A stretch of 64,000 nucleotides of DNA from Bdellovibrionales bacterium (GTDB taxonomy: Bacteria > Bdellovibrionota > Bdellovibrionia > Bdellovibrionales > UBA1609), in assembly GCA_965243065.1 (NCBI GenBank), contig CBDETO010000005.1, positions 1,115,520-1,179,519 of the forward strand, read 5' to 3'. The notes under the pieces are model-generated. The model was not told the origin of the DNA and did not search any database. It was given only the letters and a program-made list of their open reading frames with translations. Position numbers and translations under genes: made by a program. Of the stretch, positions 19,851 through 28,451 are shown piece after piece (position 1 is the stretch's first letter; the number at the start of each line of letters is the position of its first letter).

Positions 19851-20480
19851 ATGACCCCCGCCCTTCAAGCATTTGTAGAAAAGCTAAATAAATTTCAAAT
19901 TCACCAAACTTTAGGTGTAGGGGAACCAGGTCAAAAACTCTCTGCTCACTTCGCACATGACGACCCTTATGAATATGAGATACAAAAACTAGATAAAGAA
20001 GTCATAGGAATGGCTCAAGAAGAGGTAAAAAAAGAGCTAGTTCCTTTTTTTATTAGAAATTATTATTTAAGACACCAAAGAAACATAAAACTCAAAATCA
20101 TAAATGAAAACCATAACCCTATTCTATATTTAAAAAGGTCTTCTTATGTATTGGCCTCCACCACATTAATCTACGATGAACACCATGAACTGTTTGCCAC
20201 TATAAAAAGACAATTTCATCCCTTTATTAGAAAGTATGAATTTCGGACAAAAAACCAAGAGCTTATTGGTTTTGTTCATGCCCCTATTACAAAAATATGG
20301 ACTTTTCCTATTTATAACCCTAGAAAACGAAAAATAGGAATAATTAAAAAAAGATTTCCAACTATTAGAGAGTTTTTGACTTATAGAGAGACCTTAAAAG
20401 TACAAACAGGTCTAATGTCTCCTGAAGAAAAAATAATGACACTATCTGCTTCTATAATTATTTCTATTGAACATTTTTAA
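19851..20480 (+). CDS. Phospholipid-scramblase / LURP-one-like (Tubby-fold) family protein
   Basis: The repeating pattern (F.I.Q ... Y.I....IG.A.E ... R.F...Y.F......IG.V......F.I.....IG.I.K) is reminiscent of the scramblase family. Assigned from memory only. Confidence 0.4.
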   Translation: MTPALQAFVEKLNKFQIHQTLGVGEPGQKLSAHFAHDDPYEYEIQKLDKEVIGMAQEEVKKELVPFFIRNYYLRHQRNIKLKIINENHNPILYLKRSSYVLASTTLIYDEHHELFATIKRQFHPFIRKYEFRTKNQELIGFVHAPITKIWTFPIYNPRKRKIGIIKKRFPTIREFLTYRETLKVQTGLMSPEEKIMTLSASIIISIEHF

Positions 20481-20605
20481 ATTATACTGATTGGGCTTGA
20501 ATCTTCTTGTTGTTTGTCCTTTTACTTAAAGGTTGAAACTCGCCAATCAAAAACCCTGTGGGTTTAACTTGTAAGATATAAAAATTATTCTCTCATAAAA
20601 TATTG

Positions 20606-20636
20606 TTGACAAAAGTGAATAAGATAAAAATATAAT
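20606..20636 (+). promoter_or_regulatory. Candidate sigma70-like promoter for grxB
   Basis: TTGACA (20606-20611), then a 19-nt spacer, then TATAAT (20631-20636), about 26 nt upstream of the grxB ATG. The spacer is longer than optimal. Confidence 0.3.
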
Positions 20637-20662
20637 AATATATCCTTTAAAAGGAAAAAACT

Positions 20663-21319
20663 ATGAAACTATTTATCTACGATCATTGTCCTTATTGTGT
20701 AAAAGCCCGCATGATCTTTGGCTTAAAAAAAGTGCCTTTTGAACTCATTACTTTGTTAAACGACGATGAAGATACCCCTATAAAAATGATTGGAAAAAAA
20801 ATGGTTCCTATTCTTGAAACAGAACCAGGACAGTTCATGCCGGAAAGTATGGACATAGTACAATTTATTGATAAGAAATTCCCACCCCTAATTGTAGTGG
20901 AAAAAGAAGACCCTTTTTTATTGGAAATATTGAATCAGGCCCGTTCAGCCTATTACGGCCTGACCATGCCTCGATGGATAAATTCCCGCATGGAAGAATT
21001 TAAAACCCCTTCAGCCAGACAATATTTTCAAAAAAAGAAAGAAAACATGATCGGCCCTTTTTCTGCCGCATTGGAAAACACCGAGAATTTTAAAATGGAA
21101 ATCACAAAAATTTTACAGGTGATAGAAAAGAAAATGAAAGAGGAACACCCCTGGTACCTTGGTGATAAAGCCAGCTTTAACGATTTTCACCTGTTTGCTT
21201 TTCTAAGAAGTTTAACTATTGTAAAAGATTTACCCTTCCCCCCTAAGTTGGAAAGATATACAAACGACTGTGCAGATAAAAGCCAAATTCCTCTGTCTTA
21301 TGAGCAAGCCATTGAGTAG
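20663..21319 (+). CDS. grxB: Glutaredoxin 2
   Basis: MKLFIYDHCPYCVKARMIFGLKKVPFELITLLNDDEDTPIKMIGKKMVPIL...MPESMDIVQFIDK is near-collinear with E. coli Grx2, including the CPYC active site. Confidence 0.9.
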   Translation: MKLFIYDHCPYCVKARMIFGLKKVPFELITLLNDDEDTPIKMIGKKMVPILETEPGQFMPESMDIVQFIDKKFPPLIVVEKEDPFLLEILNQARSAYYGLTMPRWINSRMEEFKTPSARQYFQKKKENMIGPFSAALENTENFKMEITKILQVIEKKMKEEHPWYLGDKASFNDFHLFAFLRSLTIVKDLPFPPKLERYTNDCADKSQIPLSYEQAIE

Positions 21320-21328
21320 GAGGTATAG

Positions 21329-21376
21329 GTTTCCACGGCTAAAACTGTAGCTTTATGCCTGAGGGCTACAGAGAAC
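21329..21376 (+). repeat. REP-like intergenic repeat (family 2)
   Basis: GGTTTCCACGGCTAAAACTGTAGCTTTATGCCTGAGGGCTACAGAGAACC, related to the copies at 21505-21548 and 13325-13371. Confidence 0.75.
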
Positions 21377-21504
21377 CAAAATACCTATTTTTCACAGTCA
21401 TAACAATAAGTTAACTCTTATTAAGAGTCAACTCAAATAGTCATGAACCTAAATATTTGACAAATCCTTAAATGTTAGTAAATTATGTTTATACCCTACT
21501 GATA

Positions 21505-21548
21505 GATTTCCACAGCTAAAGCCGTGGTACTCAGAGGCCACATAGAAG
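21505..21548 (+). repeat. REP-like intergenic repeat (family 2)
   Basis: GATTTCCACAGCTAAAGCCGTGGTACTCAGAGGCCACATAGAAG. It overlaps the upstream part of the ORF-track call 21524-22192, which argues for the later start at 21560. Confidence 0.8.
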
Positions 21549-21559
21549 AAGGAGTTGCC

Positions 21560-22192
21560 ATGAAAAAATCTCATGTAATTTTACTGTCCCTATTTTTTAT
21601 AACACCTTATGCTCAAGCAGAGGTTATGCCACAACAAGCAGAGGTTATGCCACAAACGGAATCCACACAAGCCTACACACAGCAGGAAGAAAATACAGGA
21701 TTTTTCTCTTTTGGTCTGGGGGGAGAAGTTATCCCAGCAGATTATTTTTCCTACTACACTACTGTAGTTAATTTTAGATATGGTGGTATTATTTCAGAAC
21801 GAAGTTCTTTTACCGCCGGTCTTAAATTAACCACACATAACATTACAAACTCCTTTTTGGCCTTTCAATATGCGTATAGCTTTACCGAAGGACACAAATG
21901 GGTACCGGGAATAGACATCTCCCTGTTAATAGGGTTCCAGAGAGAAGCAGATAATCGGGTTATTCCTCTATCTGACAACTTAGGTCCTGGATATATTTTA
22001 TATAAAAAACCTGCTTATCACCTTAGTGGAGGTCTTGAATTAGGTCCCTATTTAAAAACCTTTATTTCTAAATCACATGCTCTTTTACTAAGAACAGGAG
22101 TGGCCATAGATACAACAACACTGGTGGAAGATGGTTTTGATGGAACAGACTTTAGAGCTTATCTCAATTTAGCCATCCAATGGTACTTCTAA
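21560..22192 (+). CDS. Outer-membrane beta-barrel-like protein
   Basis: Signal peptide MKKSHVILLSLFFITPYAQA after a GAAGGAG RBS. Alternating hydrophobic pattern with a C-terminal ...LAIQWYF. Contains a 21-nt tandem duplication (AEVMPQQ/AEVMPQT). Confidence 0.6.
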   Translation: MKKSHVILLSLFFITPYAQAEVMPQQAEVMPQTESTQAYTQQEENTGFFSFGLGGEVIPADYFSYYTTVVNFRYGGIISERSSFTAGLKLTTHNITNSFLAFQYAYSFTEGHKWVPGIDISLLIGFQREADNRVIPLSDNLGPGYILYKKPAYHLSGGLELGPYLKTFISKSHALLLRTGVAIDTTTLVEDGFDGTDFRAYLNLAIQWYF

Positions 22193-22299
22193 ACTCAACA
22201 ATTCCTTTAAGTTGTAGTACCGATCGGGTTTTTGCATTTTCTAGTCTTTAAATATATAAACTCGCATGTCTTTTCAAAGGAAGAATAAGAAGTAAAAGT

Positions 22300-22621
22300 G
22301 AGTTCGGCTTTGAACACAGAGCGGCTAGATTCCCGCTTTCGCGATTGTAAATGTTCACTAATTCGCTGACAAAATGGCTTCCCGTTAGCTATAGGGATGA
22401 CATACAAAGCAGGATAGAGATAAGCTCTTCAGGAGAGAATAGGGGGCAAAAGCGAGTTCGGATCCCCGTTTTCACGGGGACAAGCTTGACACATGAGCAA
22501 CCAAAGGTTGCTCTGTGGCAAAACGCATGCCTGAACCTTTTACCTTTTATTCTCCCTTGAAAAGATTAGTCACTATCACAAAGAACAACCGGAAAATCCT
22601 GTCCTCGCGGAAGCGAGGATC
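22300..22621. repeat. Cluster of mosaic palindromic repeat modules ('IPAFAGMT'-type REP family 1)
   Basis: GATTCCCGCTTTCGCGATTG (22328-22347), GATCCCCGTTTTCACGGGGACAAG (22461-22484) and CCTGTCCTCGCGGAAGCGAGGATC (22598-22621). Also the modules CAGGAGAGAATAGGGGGCAAAAGCGAGTTCGG and CATGAGCAACCAAAGGTTGCTCTGTGGCAAAACGCATG, which recur at 55.6-55.8 kb and 57.3-57.6 kb. Confidence 0.85.
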
Positions 22622-23561
22622 AAACCAGAGGAGTATAACCATCCCAGCGGCCCATATACCTTACTTCCGGTTCTAGCAAAATACCATACTTGCTTTTCAC
22701 TGTCCGCTGAACATGTTGAATCAAATGATGAATATCTTCAGCCCTCGCCCCACCCATATTAACAATAAAGTTAGCATGCTTGTTTGAAACACAAGCCTGG
22801 CCAATCCGATACCCTTTTAATCCACACCGATCAATTAAAGCTCCTGATTTTTCCCCCGTTAGAGGATTTTTAAAAACAGATCCACAACTGGCCGACTGCA
22901 AAGGCTGACTTTGTGTTCTTTTTAAAGCTATATCTTTTAAACGCAAAGGTAAATCCGGTAAAGGCTCTATAGGCCAACTCATGCCCACTTCGTAAATCAA
23001 GCCAGGCTCCCACCCTGCACTGAAACGATATTCCCATTTTATATCCTCACCGGGGATCATAATAACTTTGTCGTCTCTTATCACCTTAACCCAATCTACA
23101 ATGTCTTTAAATTCCTTCGGAGAAATATTCTGCCCCACTCCCGCATTCATAACCACACCACCACCCACATCCCCAGGCAAACCACATAAAAACAAAGCAG
23201 GTGCTAACTTATGCCGTAAAAAAATCTGCATAATTTGCGCTTTAGAAACACCAGCCAAAGCCCTAATACATAAACGGCCCTTTTCCTGCCTCTCTCGATA
23301 AGTATTTAATTTTTGAAGCCCTATAACCAAACCCTCGACACCCCGGTCACTAATAAGAACATTAGTACCTCTACCTAAAAAATGGACCGGCAAATTTCTC
23401 TTTTTCGCCCATTTTAAACTGTAAAAAATATCTTCCTTATTTTCCGGCTGACAAAAAAAATCGGCATTCCCCCCCACCTTCCAACTACTCCACCCGCAAA
23501 GCGGGTAATTACGATGCAACTCCTGATTTTGATTGTCATTACTTGTTTTCATAAACAACAC
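22620..23561 (-). CDS. murB: UDP-N-acetylenolpyruvoylglucosamine reductase
   Basis: FAD-binding N-terminus (WKVGGNADFF..P....LGRGTNVLISDRGVEGLVI) and C-terminal SCGSVFKNP...GLKGYRIGQA.VS.KHANFIVN. Confidence 0.9.
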   Translation of the reverse strand: MLFMKTSNDNQNQELHRNYPLCGWSSWKVGGNADFFCQPENKEDIFYSLKWAKKRNLPVHFLGRGTNVLISDRGVEGLVIGLQKLNTYRERQEKGRLCIRALAGVSKAQIMQIFLRHKLAPALFLCGLPGDVGGGVVMNAGVGQNISPKEFKDIVDWVKVIRDDKVIMIPGEDIKWEYRFSAGWEPGLIYEVGMSWPIEPLPDLPLRLKDIALKRTQSQPLQSASCGSVFKNPLTGEKSGALIDRCGLKGYRIGQACVSNKHANFIVNMGGARAEDIHHLIQHVQRTVKSKYGILLEPEVRYMGRWDGYTPLV

Positions 23562-23695
23562 TCACAAATAAAATCAAATTGTTAGGATTTTTTCAGAACC
23601 GACTAATACCACACAAAGCAAATGATTCGATATAATAGCTTATTGAGAGGGAACACTATTATACATATAGAGTGCGTGCTTCCGCCCCCTCCGTA

Positions 23696-24241
23696 CTATA
23701 TACCTTGTAACTTATACTTATCTCTGATTTCATTCATCATTCGATTGCTATAAAAAACAAAACTACCTTCTGCTATATCAAATTTTACTTTATATCCATC
23801 AAAAATGGTTTCCATATCCTTTTTTATATTTTCTATTTCTTTTATTATTACTGTAGAGTCTCCATCGGTAGCGTTAAATTGACTTATAACACGAGAAGAG
23901 GTTGCAGAATCTACTAAACAGATTTGTTCCATTAATGAATTAGTATCAATATAACATTGCAACACTTTTTTATAACTCAATGTTGTATTTTTTAAACATA
24001 AAGCTTCTGCAACAAAGGTGGAGGTGTATAAAGCACAGACAGCTACTCTCTCTACAGCAGTTTTATCCCTTAAGCACATTCTCTGTGTTTCTATACTGCT
24101 TGTATTAGTTACACAAATATGCTCTTGAACTATTGCATCCAAGATATTAGTTTCTTCTGAAAATCCAGATTGAGGCAAAAAGAATATTAAAAAATAAATT
24201 AAACTTTTTCCCAAGCGTTTCTTACTATTTAAAAACTTCAT
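23696..24241 (-). CDS. Secreted Cys-containing protein of unknown function, inserted between murC and murB
   Basis: 181-aa ORF with signal-like LIYFLIFFLPQSGFS. No recognisable family. Confidence 0.5.
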   Translation of the reverse strand: MKFLNSKKRLGKSLIYFLIFFLPQSGFSEETNILDAIVQEHICVTNTSSIETQRMCLRDKTAVERVAVCALYTSTFVAEALCLKNTTLSYKKVLQCYIDTNSLMEQICLVDSATSSRVISQFNATDGDSTVIIKEIENIKKDMETIFDGYKVKFDIAEGSFVFYSNRMMNEIRDKYKLQGI

Positions 24242-24366
24242 ATTAATATCTCCTTCTTATTTTTTATGAGTCACCATGAACCTAACTTAATATCAAACTT
24301 ATAGAAAAACCACAATCCTATGGGAGCCAAAGCAAGTAAATTTTACACAGTCGTATAAATTATATA

Positions 24367-25953
24367 TCAACTACCTCTCTCCCGAAACTGACTAATTAAA
24401 GAATCTCCATACTTATAAATAGAACCCGCACCCATAGTAATAAATACATCTCCACCCTTTAAAATCGGCAGTAAAACAGAAAATATATCTGCCTCTGAAC
24501 AGTAAGAACAAGATGGATGTTGTATTTCCTTAGCCAATACACTAGAGGAAATACCCTTCATTGGACTTTCTCCAGCAGGGTAAATATCTGTCAAAAAAAT
24601 ATGATCAGCCTCCTTAAAACAAGTTAAAAAATCAGACCAGCAGTCGGCTGTTCTGGAAAACCGATGAGGTTGAAATAAAACAATTAATCTTTTTTCTTTC
24701 CCAAATTTTTCACGGAAAGCAGAAAGAACCGCGCGCACCTCTGTAGGATGATGAGCATAATCATCATAAAACTCTATATTTTTTGTATTAACCTGATTTA
24801 AGACCTTCAATTGTTTTTTTGCCTCTCCTGAGAGTATAACTTTTCCTGAGTTGGCAACAACAAAACCTTTTGGCTTTAATTCCGCTTTTTTATGAAAACG
24901 GCGATCCACCCCTTTAAACTGAAGAAAACTCTGACTACACTCTTTAAAAGAAAAACCTATAGTCATAGCCGTTGCACAAGCCGCCAAAGTATTTAAAGCA
25001 TTCATAGAACCAGGAAGAGGCATATTTAATAAGCCCACGTCTTGCTCATTTACAAACACCTGATATTTTTGAGCATGGACTTTTTTTAAAACAAAATGAT
25101 TATTCTGATCGAAACCATAAAAAATCACCTTCTGCTCTATATTGGACAGTAAATCACGCAAAACAGGCTGATCTCCCCAAGCTACTACACAACCATAAAA
25201 CGGCACCTTTAAAACAAAATCCAAAAAAGCCGACTGTAACTTTCCGAAAGAACCATAATAATCCAAATGATCTCTATCAATATTAGTGATGACAGCAATT
25301 TCAGGAGACAAACTTTTAAACCCTCCATCACTTTCATCCGATTCCGCTATAAACCACTTTCCTTTTCCAGGAAAAGCCGTTGACTGAAATAAATGAGAAC
25401 GACCACCTATAACTACAGTGGGATCTTTTTTGTTGTGAATAAAAATCTGCGCCAATAAATGAGTGGTGGTGGTTTTTCCATGCGTACCAGCTACTACAAG
25501 ACCTCGTTTCAATCTCATAATTTCGGCTAAAGCCTCCGATCTCTTAATAACCGGAAGCTTCCTATTCCGAGCCATTTGAATTTCAATATTATTTCCCGGC
25601 ACCGCACTGGATTGAATTATTATTTCTGCATTTTCCATGTTCTCTTTCTTATGGCCAATAGAAACAGGAATACCCAACTCTCTTAACCTCTGAGTTTGTA
25701 CATTCTCCACTAAATCACTGCCTGTTACAAAAATACCAGAATGATATAGCAACTCCGCGAGACCACACATACCAATCCCGCCAATACCCACAAAGTGCAC
25801 TCTTACCCCGGTAGTAAATCCAAACAATTTATTCCCACCCGTGCTAGGACGTGCCTCTTCCAGTTCGTAAGAGGCTTTATCTTTAGAGAAAGATGTCCCC
25901 TCCCCAGAACTCTCGAACACGAGCGATTTAAAAAAATCTCTTTTTTCTTTCAT
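24367..25953 (-). CDS. murC: UDP-N-acetylmuramate--L-alanine ligase
   Basis: VHFVGIGGIGMCGLAELL..GSD, AGTHGKTTTTHLL, IAESDESDGGF and ITNIDRDHLDYY are collinear with E. coli MurC. Has an N-terminal extension and an internal insertion. Confidence 0.9.
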   Translation of the reverse strand: MKEKRDFFKSLVFESSGEGTSFSKDKASYELEEARPSTGGNKLFGFTTGVRVHFVGIGGIGMCGLAELLYHSGIFVTGSDLVENVQTQRLRELGIPVSIGHKKENMENAEIIIQSSAVPGNNIEIQMARNRKLPVIKRSEALAEIMRLKRGLVVAGTHGKTTTTHLLAQIFIHNKKDPTVVIGGRSHLFQSTAFPGKGKWFIAESDESDGGFKSLSPEIAVITNIDRDHLDYYGSFGKLQSAFLDFVLKVPFYGCVVAWGDQPVLRDLLSNIEQKVIFYGFDQNNHFVLKKVHAQKYQVFVNEQDVGLLNMPLPGSMNALNTLAACATAMTIGFSFKECSQSFLQFKGVDRRFHKKAELKPKGFVVANSGKVILSGEAKKQLKVLNQVNTKNIEFYDDYAHHPTEVRAVLSAFREKFGKEKRLIVLFQPHRFSRTADCWSDFLTCFKEADHIFLTDIYPAGESPMKGISSSVLAKEIQHPSCSYCSEADIFSVLLPILKGGDVFITMGAGSIYKYGDSLISQFRERGS

Positions 25954-26060
25954 TACAATACTCTTCTCTGATTCCCACTGCTTATACTATTATCCAAATA
26001 GCTCTGCAAATGATATTTCAAGAGCCTGAGTTACTCACAGACGGTTTGAAGGATGTATCT

Positions 26061-27155
26061 CTAATTTAAAAAAAATCTTTTTAGAAGATACCTGGCTATA
26101 CTATCCGCTGTAGCACCCAATTTCAAAGCATGAACACAAGAGGACAACCGGCTTATTTTCTGAGGATGGTTGACTAGATCCGTTAAAATGTTCCTTAGCT
26201 CTTCCTGATTAAAATTTTCTTCCTTAATACAAATAATAGCAGACTGACTTTCCAAATCCTGAGCATTTTTTAACTGATGTTGATCGGCAGAACTAGCTAA
26301 TGGAATCAGAATACCCGCTCGACCTACAGCAGAAATTTCTGCAATAGTACCCATGCCCGCTCGACCAATAACAACATCCGCCCATGAATACACTTCATGT
26401 ATATTGTGCAAAAAAGAAAAAACCCTGACATTGTCACATTCGGAGTATGTTTTTTTTAAACTTTCAAATGCTCTTTCTCCCGCTTGATGAATAAATGAAA
26501 AACGAGAAGTGTCTTCAGAAACAATAAACCCAGAAACCACTTTATTAATTACAGAAGACCCTTGACTTCCACCTAATACCAATATTCGCAAAGGATAATC
26601 CGGCTGATTTTTGATAGAAACCTGACCGATGGCAGAACGGATGGGAAAAGGAAATTGAGTTTGTTTTTTTGCTTTTGACTGAAAATATTCTTTTGTTGCA
26701 GAAAAAACGAAAATCACTTCATTCACAATATAAGAAAGCCAACGATTAGTGAGTCCCGGGATAACATTAAATTCAAAAATAATTGTTTTTCTACGAAGTA
26801 AAAAAGCCGCTAACAACAAAGGACCACTAACAGCCCCCCCCGTACCAACAACCAGAGAAGGTTTTATTTTCATCAACAAGATTAGAGCTTTCAACAAAAT
26901 AAAGGGAAGAGAAATAAAAGTTTTCCATCTCTCTATCCTCTTTACATTTTTTCTTAAACGACCTACGGATAGACAATGAGTCACAAAAGAATACCGAGAG
27001 TAAATATCTTTTTCCAATATAGAAGAGCCTCTGACAAATTCGATCCGACAGGATTTATCAATATGTTTTAAGCTATCCGCTATAGCTAAAGCGGGCAGAA
27101 TATGCCCTCCTGTACCCCCTGCCGCTATCAATATTTTATTAGAATTTTTTTTCAT
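26061..27155 (-). CDS. murG: Undecaprenyldiphospho-muramoylpentapeptide beta-N-acetylglucosaminyltransferase
   Basis: ILIAAGGTGGHILPALAIA at the N-terminus and RAGMGTIAEISAVGRAGILIP in the C-domain. Confidence 0.9.
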   Translation of the reverse strand: MKKNSNKILIAAGGTGGHILPALAIADSLKHIDKSCRIEFVRGSSILEKDIYSRYSFVTHCLSVGRLRKNVKRIERWKTFISLPFILLKALILLMKIKPSLVVGTGGAVSGPLLLAAFLLRRKTIIFEFNVIPGLTNRWLSYIVNEVIFVFSATKEYFQSKAKKQTQFPFPIRSAIGQVSIKNQPDYPLRILVLGGSQGSSVINKVVSGFIVSEDTSRFSFIHQAGERAFESLKKTYSECDNVRVFSFLHNIHEVYSWADVVIGRAGMGTIAEISAVGRAGILIPLASSADQHQLKNAQDLESQSAIICIKEENFNQEELRNILTDLVNHPQKISRLSSCVHALKLGATADSIARYLLKRFFLN

Positions 27156-27160
27156 CCAGG

Positions 27161-28276
27161 TTAATATACAAAATGATTATGCTTTTCTATGTTTAAAAGC
27201 CATCCAAATAAAAGAAAAGTGCATACTAAGGCACTTCCCCCATAACTCATAAAAGGCAATGTCAAACCTTTTGGGGGTAATATTCCTAAGTTCACCCCAA
27301 TATGAATGATAGTAGAAAAAGCAAATACCATACTGAGTGAGAAAGCTAAAATTTTTTGTAATAGATCTTCTGTTCTTAATGCAATCTGCATTCCATAATA
27401 AACTAATAAAGCATATAATGTCAGTAATACACAAAAACCTATAAATCCGGTTTCTTCACCAAAAACAGCTAAAGTAAAGTCCGTATGCGCTTCCGGCAAA
27501 AAAAAGAGTTTTCCCTGCCCCTGCCCTAACCCCACTCCAAAAGCTCCCCCAGAGTGAAAACTAATCATGCTTTGTATAACCTGAAATCCCGTTTCTAAAG
27601 GATCTGACCAAGGGTTTAATACAGCCTTAATACGGGCCATTCGATAGGGGGTAAAAATCACCATCAAATACATACCTACACTAATGAACAACAAAGCACT
27701 AACAATATATTTCCACTTAAAACCTAAAACAAATACAATACTTAAAGCCAAACAAAAAAACAAAAAAATAGTGCCAAAATCAGGTTGTAAAGCTAATACC
27801 AATAAAGGCAAAGCAAAAGCAAAAACAGGAAAAAGCCAAAACAAAAAAAGATGATTGTTAAAAAAACTCTGTTCCTTTAAAGCTATAAGATACATAAAAG
27901 CAAAGGGGGAACTTACTTTAAAAAGCTCTGCCGGTTGAAAACGAAATCCAAAAGGCAAATCCAGCCACCTTTGTGCTCCCCCCGCGGAAACCCCTATACC
28001 AGGAATAAGAGTCACAATAATCAACAAAACAGAAAGGACCCATAAACTGATACCAATAAACCGTGCCCATTTCCAGGAAATAGTAGCTATAAATAAAAGA
28101 GCTAACAAACCAATTATAAAAAATAACACCTGCTTTTTAAAAAAGAAGAGACCATCATTGTATTTTTCTATAGAAAAAATATAGCTGGCACTATAGACTT
28201 GAACCAATCCAAAGCCAGCTAATAATAAAACTAACAATAAAATTTTTCTATTAAGTAGGCTGTAAAAAAAAGACAA
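27161..28276 (-). CDS. ftsW: SEDS-family peptidoglycan glycosyltransferase FtsW
   Basis: Polytopic membrane protein with the FtsW/RodA signatures QPAELFK, LQPDFGT, PEAHTDF and GLTLPFMSYGGSA. Sits immediately upstream of murG. Confidence 0.85.
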   Translation of the reverse strand: MSFFYSLLNRKILLLVLLLAGFGLVQVYSASYIFSIEKYNDGLFFFKKQVLFFIIGLLALLFIATISWKWARFIGISLWVLSVLLIIVTLIPGIGVSAGGAQRWLDLPFGFRFQPAELFKVSSPFAFMYLIALKEQSFFNNHLFLFWLFPVFAFALPLLVLALQPDFGTIFLFFCLALSIVFVLGFKWKYIVSALLFISVGMYLMVIFTPYRMARIKAVLNPWSDPLETGFQVIQSMISFHSGGAFGVGLGQGQGKLFFLPEAHTDFTLAVFGEETGFIGFCVLLTLYALLVYYGMQIALRTEDLLQKILAFSLSMVFAFSTIIHIGVNLGILPPKGLTLPFMSYGGSALVCTFLLFGWLLNIEKHNHFVY

Positions 28277-28299
28277 AGCACTCTCTTATGGTGTTATAC

Positions 28300-28445
28300 C
28301 CATCGGGTATTATCCTCGTTTCCACGAGGACAAGGTAATTTTATGTTCTACAGATTGCCGATACTTTGTATTATCCCCGTTTCCCCGAAGACAAGCTTTT
28401 CCGTAATCTTCAAACCTTGTCCTCGCGAAAGCGGGGAACGATCGG
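28300..28445. repeat. Three tandemly arranged family-1 palindromes
   Basis: ATCCTCGTTTCCACGAGGACAAGG (28312-28335), ATCCCCGTTTCCCCGAAGACAAGC (28372-28396) and CCTTGTCCTCGCGAAAGCGGGGAACG (28415-28440). Confidence 0.8.
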
Positions 28446-28451
28446 TATAGT

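Noticed and set aside
22207-22560. ORFs 22207-22407 (-) and 22351-22560 (+), and likewise 55633-55888 (-)
   Set aside because: They lie entirely within the mosaic palindromic repeat arrays. Such repeats are notorious for generating spurious ORFs.
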